Part shown: positions 12,070 through 23,311 of the stretch, piece by piece | How positions within the stretch are numbered: position 1 is the first letter of the stretch | Layout: each line of letters starts with the position of its first letter | Origin: Curvularia clavata | Taxonomy: Eukaryota | Length of the DNA stretch: 64,000 bases | Direction: 5' to 3' | Assembly (NCBI GenBank): GCA_023920165.1 | Contig: CP089275.1 | Span: forward strand, 4,650,001 to 4,714,000 | Position numbers and translations under genes: made by a program | Notes under the pieces: model-generated | Database searches by the model: none | What the model saw: only the letters and a program-made list of their open reading frames with translations | Told to the model about the DNA's origin: nothing

Positions 12070-12671
12070 GGCGAGTATTTAAAGTTCGGTGTGAGTAGAG
12101 GAATACCAAGTAGGCATCCAAGACTTCACAGGCAAAGCCACGGTGACCAGCCTCGGCTTGCGAGGTGGGGCTTGACGCCAAGCCGTTCTAGGCTAGTCTA
12201 CACGAGTCTGGTTCTTGTGGACTTCTCAAGATTTTTGCCAGTTGATAACGGTCAAGTTTTCTTCGATGCCCAATTATCTCCGATGATAGTTAGGACAGCA
12301 TTTCAGTAAATCGTACGAGAAGTCATTCCATTTGTTATTTTCATGGCCACGAAACCCGCATCGGCCGTCGGCGAATAACACGAAATCACTGCCCAAGTTT
12401 GACAATGGGATGATGTAGGTTACCTTATATTTGGAGGCATTTACATAAAAATTAAACAAATACACCTCATTGAAGACCAAAAGGCTCCCATCCAGTCGTT
12501 TGACCAAAATTTGAGGGCACTACCGACGTCTTAAAAGTCGTTGAGGTAGGCTACTTGGTGATGGCAGGATGAAAACGAGCCCAAATTTTGCTGCAGAAGC
12601 CTAAAAGGTATCCTCGGAATATATTGAATCACCTGGAGCTGTGCCAAAACTAGCCTCGTTGTGCTGGGACT

Positions 12672-12902
12672 TCACTTTCTGCTGCCGACACTGTATGTCG
12701 ATTGGGCGTCACATGTTATTGAAAGATACCCTTGCTGTCTTGTGCAATTGGTGCAGTTTGATTGGGACTGGTTCCATTCGCGTCTGATATTCCAAGCGCC
12801 GAAACACTGGTGACCGGGGTCGTTTCGTGCAAAATGACAATATGACGCAAGCCGATATTCTGTGTGGTTGCAGGAAAACGTGATCTTCTCGTAGAAGCAC
12901 AT
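12672..12902 (-). CDS. Small Cys/His-rich protein (76 aa), possible metal-binding
   Basis: MCFYEKITFSCNH..YCHFARNDPGHQCFGAW..CTNC. A 5'UTR intron (GTGAGT..TTAAC..TAG, ~12998-12950) and a TATA box (TATATAAAG, ~13151-13159) lie upstream. Confidence 0.7.
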   Translation of the reverse strand: MCFYEKITFSCNHTEYRLASYCHFARNDPGHQCFGAWNIRREWNQSQSNCTNCTRQQGYLSITCDAQSTYSVGSRK

Positions 12903-15405
12903 TGTATTGCGTTGATTACAGAGCCAAGTTCTGATCAAGATGATGAGACCTACGAACATGGTTAACTGATGTGGTGAAGCGAACCCTGATCTACTCACGG
13001 AACCGTATTAGCGGTCGTGCAGGAAGTCAAGCGTGTACACAGTATGCGCTTTTGTGCAGTATCTGACAATGTTTTAGGGGATCAGATCTGAGAAAAACAA
13101 AACGGTGTTGAGAGCTGTTGAGACTGTACTTTCAAAGCGACGTCATGACTCTTTATATACAATGGTCTGCACTGATAATTCATCCGGTACAATTCACAGT
13201 CTTCTCTTCATCAGTAGTGTGAACCAATAAACAGTGACTTCAATTAAGCAGAAGGAAGATGCACGAGTGGGGGGGCATGTTACAAGCTCTCCGATTCTAT
13301 CCACTCATGGCTATCTTCATGTTTGTAAACCGCTTGCTCGGTACCTTCCAGACTTTCATAGACTCTTGGGATTCACAATATTGTCACACCAGCCCACTAG
13401 TGAGTCTTCTCAGTTCTCCTGTGCATACACTCCTCCAAGATGCACTCAGTTTTGGCCGTAGAGATATATGAAAGATCTGCAGTGATAGTCAAATGTGGGT
13501 CCTTGTGACTTCTATCTGTACACCACTCAATCAGATAGAGTGCCTTGGATGCATAATTGCACAGGGTTGGCTATGACCCATTGTGAGAAGGAGTGATGGG
13601 TGGGTCCTCAGGAGATCCTTTCAGGGCTGCGAAGCCTGTCGAATTCTGCTGGCAAGTGAAATAGATGAGAGTCAATATATTGTCTTTACAATGTAGCGAG
13701 TGAAAGGCGAGTTCTTTGTAACTAATTCAAAGACTGTTAACTGTCTAACTGTACCATTTGATGCCTCATTTCATGCAATGCAAATAGCTAGTGCTACTCG
13801 TTGGCACTTTCAAGCCTCGTCAATTATTTCTCAACCTCATAAGCAAGTAGAAGTACTCTGTTCTTATTTTCATCTCTGTAGCTGATAGTGTCAAGTACAT
13901 TTGCCTTGCATAAAATCGATTCTATCACTTGCTTCTCCACTGTGCAACTTACGGGGGTTTCAACCTACCGCTATACAGAATACATCCTGAGGGTGCATAG
14001 CGGCACGCTAGGAGTGGTAAGTGCGTTGGTCCTACGCAACACGGTGTGGGGATTTTTGGTTTCTCGGGAGGCCTTACACATCAACAGCATCAAACGAGTG
14101 TTTTTGCATTTGACTCCATTGTCTTGCCATTATAATACATTCTATAGTGTGGCTGCATAACTACCGTTAAAATGTGATATGATTTTATGTATAAGTTATC
14201 GATGCAAAGCAATGAAGTAGACACAGATGTATCTCCACACCGGCGGTTTATGCAAACGGGATACAAATCTATGAAGTCGAAGCGCATCCACCCAGCTTTG
14301 GACAAAATAGAACACAAGAGACATGAAGCATTCCAGCAATGACCTCTCTACGAGCAATGCGACGGCAATCTATCTGCATCTTCCTTCAATGTGATGACCT
14401 TCAAGGCGTTAACCCCACCCAGCACGTATCGACCAACGAATGTAATTGTCACACCAACTCCACAGCTACCGAGGATCACTCACATTTGGCTATGCATGGC
14501 TGAAATTTCGGCAGTATCTTGATATGACCTGTTCAGTCAGTTGTACTGCCACAAGCTATTCTTAGTTTGTGTGTTGCGTATGATGTAGAGTTAGACATGC
14601 TAACGTATACTGTGGTAAAATAAGTCAGATATGCTAACGAACAAACCTTTATTCTAAATATTAGTCTTATTCATGATAGTTCCTAATTTTCATAGATACA
14701 TAGAAACGCCACTAGCGGCTGTTCGCAAAGTCAGTTGCCCCGGGGAAGCATATTTCGTCAAAGGTGACACAATCAACGGAGGAGCAGTTGGTATACCTCC
14801 CGTTACAGGAATATAGAGGACTAAATCAGTGTATTCGTACAGCTACTTATTGACTTGATTGACCCAGCAGAGCCAGCGACATGTCCTGCTGCCCAAGGAT
14901 CTGACACTATAGGTTGCGGGGGTTGTGTCATGCATGCGTCGTGCAACACATGACCAGTGGAACAAGAGCTTCTTTACCCTTGAGTCATGCCGATTTCACC
15001 AGTAGAGGACAGAAAAGTTCAGGTTTGGACGCGGGTCTTGATATTTGTTCAGGGGGTTGACCTGCTTTTACCTGGCACAAAGGAGCGTAATGGTGTTGGC
15101 ATGCATGCCACAGAGCCAATGACTCACCAATGTAGCAGGGGTCATTGCTAGAGTACTGGCTGCCTTGCACGAGGCCCAATCGAATTACCTAGAAACTGGA
15201 TTGTGCCTCTGGCTCTCTTTGACCAATAACACTTAGAGAGTGACATATCTTGATGAGGGTGCCTCAGTGGAATACCATTCGTTGAGGGGTGGAGCTGCCG
15301 TTCACTCCTCAATGGCAGTATGTTGGGCCATCAAACTGTCGAAAAGGACACTATCAAGAGCTCGGCCCATTCTGCCACTCAAACTGAGCCTGGTAACGGG
15401 AACGA

Positions 15406-15505
15406 GATACGCACGATCAACCACGATCAATTCGATCTTCAGATGCTTGGGATATGCACGGTCAATCGCGTTTCCCTCGATCTCCTCGATCTTCAGATAT
15501 CTGGG
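15406..15505. repeat. Imperfect tandem duplication (~46-54 bp unit)
   Basis: GCACG(A/G)TCAA...TCGATCTTCAGAT..TGGG occurs twice in succession. Confidence 0.6.
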
Positions 15506-17193
15506 AACGTGGCACTGGACTTGTGTTTTCCCTAGGGCCCCTTTCTCGCATGGATTGCTTTATCCTGGTTACACTAAGTGACCCGTTATGAGGCTTATGC
15601 CCATGTATGACAAAAGCCGGAAGGCGCCGCGGTGAGCACGAGCAACATGCGTGGCGTTGTTTCCAGCAGCCTGCAACTCGGAGGACGGTAGTGTGTAGTC
15701 TCGGGTGACTGCACATACAATTACTTGTCGTTTTTTCAACATGGATACAGTGCAGGATTTGGAGCCACTCTAAACCATCTAAAGTGAATGTTCTTAGGAG
15801 GCTGGGAAAAATCAACTTCTATATACCGTAGCGCAAACAAGAGGAAAGAGGATATGTGACTAAATCAAAGTTCCGAGCATTCAGAATTCTTAACAACACG
15901 CCTTGATTCAGCATAGAGAAAACCCTGAAATGTACCCTACCAGCCCACTGAGCCACGAGGCTCGTCAAATTCTTCACCGGCATTCCCCGCGTTACCTGAA
16001 CATGGACATGATGTATCTATCCTCATTTACTCGCACGCACGTCGACTGATTTGCCCATGTGATGGCTTAGTCCGCGTCAAAGGGAAATCGATATTGCGGG
16101 ATCGGTACCCGAGAAGCGCCAAAATATGGAGACGGAGAGCATGAACAAGATACTGGGAAGGGTTGTCGGGACAGTGCATGGTGTACACCGTTCACGGTTT
16201 TCGGATGTGGTGGAGGCAGCTTCTGGGACATGCTATTCTATGGGTCGATGCAAATGTCGTGCAGCTCTTGGTGTACCTACCAAATAGTCGAATACAGCTG
16301 CATTATTAAAACTGCGAGCTTACAATTAAAAATCGTTCTAGCGGTGTAAGACTTGTATGATGGGTCAAATCAATCTGGATATTCGTATCTGTCTCGTGTC
16401 TAAGCTTTGGACCAAATGTGAGATCCCCAGACGTGAAAGGCAAGAAATTATCAGACCCCATGCCCCTCATCTAACCGGCACGTCTCACGGTAAAGAGTGC
16501 CTGGAGTGTCTTAGCGATGTCATGGTTTTCATCATACAGAATGTATTGCTCAAATCACAATGCCTAGGTGCGGGTCATAGATAAAACAGCAAACCATAGT
16601 GGCTATGCTGACCGCGCCGTATAGGATGGTGACAATCCATCGGCGGACTTACCTTTGTATGGTCATCGAGAGCTTCTGTTTGATGTAGTTATTCCGGGAG
16701 CGAGCGCCTGTTGTGCCAAAGCCAGTACTAAAACGTTTAAGGAGCAGGGTGTTGATGTTACTTTTTTCTTTCGTGATGAGGAAAGCGTCTGCGCCTGCAA
16801 ATGTGAATGGGGTGGCGAGGACGATGTCGGTATCTTGTGTGGAAATGAATTTAAATATTGCAGTTCCATGCTTGCGTGTTCTTGTTTACACGTTGTAGTC
16901 CTACAGTTCTGGGGTTTGTATGCTTCAAAGTGTAAAGTGTTGCTAATATGGATGAAGGGGCAGGTGCAAACCGTGGTTACGATAGATAGGCAGTACAAGG
17001 TACGAAACATAAACGCGACTCAAAAGCCTTGCATTTCTTATCAATGATACTATGACTTGTTCACTTCCTACCTAGGATATCGCAAATAATGGTTTTACTC
17101 AAAATCACTATATCGTGACAAAATTTTGAAACTGCAAAGAAATGAAGTCTAAGCCTTTCAGCGATTCTGGTACCGATTTCGGATCTTTCACAA

Positions 17194-19467
17194 TCATGCT
17201 TTTCCAGACCTCTTGGCCTTGCGTGCTTGTCTCTTCTTCGCGATGATCCTGGTTCTTAACGCGAGCTTCTCATCCTTTCCCTTGCTCGCAGTGGAACCAG
17301 ATCCCGCTTCCGCGTCCGCTTGCTTCGTCTTTCCGTTGACCTTTCCCTTGCCCTTTTTGTCTCCAGTGCTTGAATCTCGCTTGCGTTTCTTGCCCTTGGT
17401 TGCACCCGGCTCGGCCTCGTCACCATTAGCCTCACCATCGCCGGTTTTCGGCTTTCGGGGCTCGCGGGACTTTTCTTCGCGGTCCGAACGTCGGTTGACG
17501 ACGTTCGCGTTCTCGATAGCAAATTCCACAATAAGGCGTTTGCGTTTGTCTTCAAGTGCTTCCTGCGCCTGCTTCTTACTTTTCGGGGTGGGATCTGTCT
17601 TGATCTTGTAATCCACAGCGTGCCCGTTGAGCCACCGTAGCCCCATCAAAGCGTTGCGGTGCGTGTAGTATTCGATGAAACCATAGCCTCTACTCCTCCC
17701 GGCGCCAGTTTCTTCGGAAATCTTGCTGCCAGCAGGTGTTTCAAAAACGACCTTAGCTTGCTTAACAATACCTTTGCCCTTCTTCTTACGCATCTTTTCT
17801 GCTACCAGCATTTCCTGACCCCCACGGATGACTTCCTCTTTGCTTAGTTTCTGTCGCTTACCGGCCTTGACATCTGCAGCAAAACCAACGACAGCACTAC
17901 GAGCGAGTTGCTTGAGGTCCTTGGAAGTAATACTGCGGGGTATGTTACGGACCGAGAGACGGGTGAGGGATAGATGCAGCGAAGGGTTTTCTTGGATTTG
18001 CTTACGACGCAATGTCGCACTCTCTTCGCGCATCTTGATTTCAGAGGGTGAGAGTTTCTGGTACAATGGTGAGTTGGAACTGATGGTTCCTTCTGAAAGA
18101 AGATAGAGGCGACGCTTGTCCTTGTCGCGATTGAAACGTGAGGCTGCCCCTTCGGCTGTGAGACGACTTGCTTCATTCTTGTCAACCGCACGGGAGATCT
18201 GTAGGATGCGACCGTCGATGGTATATTTGCCTGTTGGGTCGGCGTCTTCGTCTTCGAGTACGGAGTGTGTGACGGTAATAGTTGAGCCGTCCTGCTTGTT
18301 TAGATCCTTTTTTTGCAGCTTGACACGAGGAACGCCTTTAAGACAGTTGACCATATCCTCTTCGGTGAAGAACGCGACAAACGCAGTGCCCTTTGGTCGT
18401 TCGGTTTCACGATCCATAACAACACGTGCATATCTTATACCTCCAAATTGCTGGAAATGCTCCTTGAGACGTTCGTCGTCTACTGTGAATGGTACGTTGC
18501 GTACAAAAACTGTGTATTCCTCACGCTTCGGTCGATTGTCTTGGTGGTCCAGGCTAACACCGCCGTCCTCGTCATCCTCTGAGATGTCTTCGTCGTCGAT
18601 ATCGCTGTCGTCGTCGTCTTCGTCTTCGTCTTCGTCTTCGTCTTCGCTGTCACCTTCCGATTCATCGTCTTCGTCATCTTCGTCCGAACTGACTACGGAG
18701 CTTTCAGCGTCTTCCATATCTTCGTCCTCGTTTTCTTTGGCATCGTCTCCTTGCTCGTTGTTTTGCAGGTTGACCCAAGTTTCTTTATCAACAGCCCAAT
18801 CGACGGCGATAGGTCTACCGTTGATCTCCTTGCCGTTCAGCTCCTGCATTGCCTTCTCGGAATTCTTCCTTCCACGCAAAGAAACGAAACCGAATCCTCT
18901 CAGTTCACCACTAGGCTTCTTTGGCAGCTTCGCAAAGTTGACCTTGCCATAGCTTCTGAAGAGCTTCTCCAAGTCTTCTGGTGTCTTAATAGTCCAAGGC
19001 AGGTTTCGTACAATCAATTTCGGTACCTGCGCATCCTTGACCTGTTGCTCGCGCTCTGCCTTGACCCTATCGGCAGCCCTGGGTCGCTTCTCTTCGCCTT
19101 CGCGCTGCCTAGCCTCAGCAAAGTCAACCTTGATCTTCTTTCCCTTGATCTCTGTGTTGTTCAATTCTTCCTTCGCTCTTTGCGCATCTTCGACATCGGC
19201 GAAAGTGACAAAACCATAGCCTTTAGATTCGCGCGTCTCTTTGTCCAGGACCACAAGCGCATTCTTGATCGGGTACGATTCGGAAAAATACTCGGTCAAG
19301 TCTTCGCTGGTAACTTCCGGTGCGAGTCCGCGAACGAAAAGTTGCCTGCGCGCGACTTCCTTGGCCGTCGCTGTAGAAGTGTTGGAGGGCTGTTCGACAT
19401 CGGTGGTGGCTGTGACGGCCTCTGCGCCGTCGATTGAGAGACGCTGACGTTTTCTACGGGGAGCCAT
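17194..19467 (-). CDS. NOP4: Nucleolar multi-RRM protein Nop4/RBM28 (60S biogenesis)
   Basis: Intronless 757-aa ORF with four RRMs (LFVRGL/KGYGFV, LIVRNLPW/RGFGFV, VFVRNVPF/KGTAFV, LSVRNIP/RGYGFI), an acidic tract and DKDKRRLYLLSEG. Confidence 0.95.
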   Translation of the reverse strand: MAPRRKRQRLSIDGAEAVTATTDVEQPSNTSTATAKEVARRQLFVRGLAPEVTSEDLTEYFSESYPIKNALVVLDKETRESKGYGFVTFADVEDAQRAKEELNNTEIKGKKIKVDFAEARQREGEEKRPRAADRVKAEREQQVKDAQVPKLIVRNLPWTIKTPEDLEKLFRSYGKVNFAKLPKKPSGELRGFGFVSLRGRKNSEKAMQELNGKEINGRPIAVDWAVDKETWVNLQNNEQGDDAKENEDEDMEDAESSVVSSDEDDEDDESEGDSEDEDEDEDEDDDDSDIDDEDISEDDEDGGVSLDHQDNRPKREEYTVFVRNVPFTVDDERLKEHFQQFGGIRYARVVMDRETERPKGTAFVAFFTEEDMVNCLKGVPRVKLQKKDLNKQDGSTITVTHSVLEDEDADPTGKYTIDGRILQISRAVDKNEASRLTAEGAASRFNRDKDKRRLYLLSEGTISSNSPLYQKLSPSEIKMREESATLRRKQIQENPSLHLSLTRLSVRNIPRSITSKDLKQLARSAVVGFAADVKAGKRQKLSKEEVIRGGQEMLVAEKMRKKKGKGIVKQAKVVFETPAGSKISEETGAGRSRGYGFIEYYTHRNALMGLRWLNGHAVDYKIKTDPTPKSKKQAQEALEDKRKRLIVEFAIENANVVNRRSDREEKSREPRKPKTGDGEANGDEAEPGATKGKKRKRDSSTGDKKGKGKVNGKTKQADAEAGSGSTASKGKDEKLALRTRIIAKKRQARKAKRSGKA

Positions 19468-20518
19468 GATAAACGAGTGAGAATTTGAAGCGTTCGTGGT
19501 TGATATTCTTCATTCGCATGTTTCCGAAAAAAAGTTCCAGTATCTCGGCGCACAGACCGGGCTTGCCATCTTGGCACGCGTAATGTGGAGCTAGACCCGT
19601 TCCACCCGACTACATGTTCACGTGTTTCCTCGTCTCTGTTCCTGTCCTTGTCTTTGGTCTTACTCTAATCATTGACCGATCAGATCCTAAATCACGATCA
19701 CAAGCATAAACGCCCTCTTTCTGCAGGTAATTGAGGATTCCTGCATGTCCCCACTCAATCGACAAAACCGGTCTCCTTTGTGTTCATGTATGTGTCCCGA
19801 ATAGACATAGCTGCTTGAACAATCGCGATCTTGTAGTGTCATGCGCATTTTTCAGAACTCCATATCGATCCTTAGCTACGGCACTTATATTCTCAAGACG
19901 CACAATGACGTACTGTGTCCTCACCGTCAATCGGGCGGAACGGGACAAGATATTACGGAAGAAACAACAGCATCGTGTGTGGTAACACTGAGTCCATTTC
20001 GTGGCCTACTGTTCTGCCTTTTGTCATTCAACTCGTGAGCTGTCTTCTTGCCCTGCGCCGCTGTTGCTGCAGTCTGAAGCGCTTTTGACAAGCCACTCCT
20101 CAATACCGATCTACAAAGTCCAACTTTCAATGTTGCGAATCCTCGATCCGATCGTCTGTTGTCTTCCTCGGAAGGAAAGCCACTTTCTTTCACTTCTATT
20201 GGTAGCAGGCGGAATGGTTGGGCAGTTGGATCTGCCGAATGTGCGCCAGTACCCGTTAGCGTCTCGTACTCAACGTCTGCACAAACGCCAAGGGTGTAAC
20301 TCCTCTGACAGTTGGACAACCAACCTGTGTCGGCTGTGCAATCAGCGCAGCTTACTGTGTATCGCTTAGGTGCTTTCAATCTCACCCTAGCCCTCCGTCA
20401 CTACGGAGCTTGATGCCGTTGATTGACATTCTATAATACACATAGAAGAGGGGTGCCCATCAAAACATGACATCTCTCCAGCTCGCCATCTTCTGAGTGT
20501 GCGTACCAGAAAATAATC

Positions 20519-22357
20519 ATGGCACGAAGAAGTTACGAACCCAGTGAAGGCGAGGCACTTCTAAGCCCTGGTCTTGTTATTGCTTCCTCTTCTCGTTCCT
20601 ACTCTACGCTTAGTACAACAGATTCTAATAGATCAGCACAAGCAAACGGCGACATCTCAGCAGTGGACAAAGAGAAACTAGATGTTAATAATCGACTTGA
20701 TGACCCAGACCAGCCATGTTCGTCGGCCGAGGAGCTGGGAGATGCTGGTATTTCGCTTTACGAGAAGAAGTGCGAACTGATCAATCACGAGATCGATCTC
20801 ATGGGCATGGGGCGCTACCAGTGGTCGATTTGGGCCTTGTGTGGCTTTGGCTACATGATTGATTTGATGTGGGCACAAGCGTTCGGCCTTGTCCTGTCTC
20901 CAATACAGCAGGAGTTTGGGTTTGGAGCTGACGAGACTGGCAAGTTATCGACAGCATTCTCAATTGGACTTACATCTGGAGCCTTTGTATGGGGCGTTCT
21001 AGTGGATGTCATTGGGCGGAAGTTCTCCTTCAATCTGACCGTTTTCATTGCTTGTGTATTTGGGACTTGCATTGGCACCCCCAGCACCTACAATGCCATC
21101 TTGGCTCTCACGGCTCTTACCGGATTCGGTGTTGGAGGTAATATTCCAATCGACACAACCATCACCCTCGAAGCTACTCCACAGCACAAGCGTTATCTCC
21201 TGCCGTTGCTGTCCATCTTCCAGCCAATCGGGGTAGTGATATGCTCAATTCTGGCTTACGGGTATATTCCAAACTGGTCCTGCAGTCCAAACTTTTCAGA
21301 AGGAGACCGTGCATTGCGGGCTTGTACCGCAGTCGCCCTTGGAGAACCGTGTTGCTCAAGAGAAGATAACATGGGATGGAGATACCTGCTGTTCACACTT
21401 GGTGGAATCACCATTCTGGTATTTCTATTACGCTCGGTCATGTTTGACTTCCAAGAGTCACCAAAGTTCCTCATCTATCGCGGCAAAGATGCTGAGGCTA
21501 TTGGTGTTCTACACACCATAGCTCAATACAACAAGAGCGCTTGTGCATTAACACTGGAAGACCTCGAGGCTTTGGAGCGTACATACAATTCTGATCGGGG
21601 TGCTGGGCCCATGCTTGGAGGAGGCGCAAAACAGCTCGAATCAACGTGGACTGAGAAGCTCAAGCTAGAAGGCGATCGTTTCAAAATCTTGTTCTCGAGC
21701 TTCCAGATGACTAGGTTGACCCTGTTGGTCTGGCTGATATATATATGTGACTACTGGGGCTTTACTGTCGCTGGTAAGTACCCGCAGGCGGTCATCTGCT
21801 TCTGAAGTTGCCACGCTGACTTTGCTTTAGGAACCTACCTTCCACAGATTCTAGCCGTGAAGAACGGCGCTCTAGACCTCTCCCTTCGCTACACATACCG
21901 ATCCTACATCTTCATCTACCTCCCTGGAGTGTTTGGGGTAGTGCTGGGAACTCTATCCTACCGCGCGTCGCGAGTAGGTCGTAAGTGGACCATGGTGGTC
22001 TCCTCAGCCCTCATGGGCATTTCCATCTTCCTCTTCAGCAGTGTCAACTCGGCAGCATCCAACATAGGCTTCAACATCATGGAATATTTCTTTCAGTCTA
22101 TGTTCAATTCTGTGCTGTACGGATGGACACCTGAGGCCTTTCCAGCGCCAATCCGAGGCACTGCATGCGGAATCGCGAGTTTCTGGGGGAGGCTTTTTGG
22201 TATCGTTAGCCCACTTATCGCACAGCATCTGTATGCTGGTGGAGAGTTTGGGAGGGACATCAACAGCGTCCTGTACCTAGCTGGAGGCATGACATTCGGT
22301 TGCGTTATCGCCACGGCGTTGCTACCCAGTAAGCTCGTTGGGAGGCAAAGCTTGTAG
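20519..22357 (+). CDS. MFS transporter (SV2-like/sugar transporter family)
   Basis: GMGRYQW..LCGFG, WGVLVDVIGRK, GVGGNIPID, QESPKFL and PEAFPAPIRGTACG motifs; intron 21774-21830. Confidence 0.93.
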
Positions 22358-22648
22358 TTTCAAGGCATGAAACGGAAATGGGAGGGCCAATGATCGATTC
22401 CACAAAAATCACGAGATTGTCAAAGATACCCGCCACATTGGATATTACTAGGATAAAGCAACGCTGTCAAGCTTCATTACAGCAATTGGCAGCTACCATA
22501 GATTCATTAAAAAAAACAGCCCCCATATGAATGGAGCATTCCAGAATGTGACGCCTGCTGAATACCACCGGTCTTCAAATGAATGACCAATCAGTTCTTA
22601 AAATCCCAAAACGCCGTCCCAATGCACGCATTCTGGTCGACTCAGCCT

Positions 22649-22858
22649 TCATAACTTGGTCTTGCCTGCCGCCTCGGCCCTTCTTTGCTCCATGATGTAT
22701 CCATTTGCTACGGGATTCCAACCTTGACTCGCAGCCTGTGGTATAGGAAACGGAGGCTTCTTCAGATTCTGAGTGAAGAAGACTGGATGCCGTACCGCAC
22801 TGTCGTACACGGGTGCGAGGAAGGTGGCCGGTGTTTGTGGGGGACCAAAAGGCGGCAT
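22649..22858 (-). CDS. Small hypothetical protein (69 aa, Pro-rich, ends GKTKL)
   Basis: ATG at 22858 in a GCC-ATG context; canonical 5'UTR intron 23052-22988 (GTAAGA..CTCAC..TAG). Confidence 0.6.
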   Translation of the reverse strand: MPPFGPPQTPATFLAPVYDSAVRHPVFFTQNLKKPPFPIPQAASQGWNPVANGYIMEQRRAEAAGKTKL

Positions 22859-23311
22859 GGCCTCTACTTGAGAGCGTGGCTTCGGAGGACTCTCAAGGAG
22901 GGTGGAGGATTGCAACGTTAGTTGCGGCGACGAGTGGGCAGCGCGTCGCTGTTGTTGCGCTGTCGGTTGTGGAGACTGATGTGGAGGCTATGTCGTGTGA
23001 GCAGTCTAGGTATGAGAGGTGTCTTGTGCGCCCAGCGAAGAGGGTATCTTACCTTTGGCCTAGATGGCTGCAGGCTAGGGATCATTATTGCAGGCTCTAC
23101 ATAGAACTCCTAGCAAGCTGCAATAGTAATGATGAATAGGACCGCAAAGCGTGACGGCAGTCATCGCGTACCTCGGCATAAGATTGTCGCGAACGTCATT
23201 CCGATTTAAGTCGCGGAATCGGACGCTTTTCCGCTAGGTACAGCATGCCGAACATTGCTCCACGCAAGGAAACGCAAACATGAGCTTGAACATCACCAAC
23301 ACATTTTCGAT

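Noticed and set aside
18116..19437. Long plus-strand ORFs (278 and 228 aa)
   Set aside because: Antisense shadows of NOP4; the poly-Ser run mirrors its acidic GAC/GAA tract.
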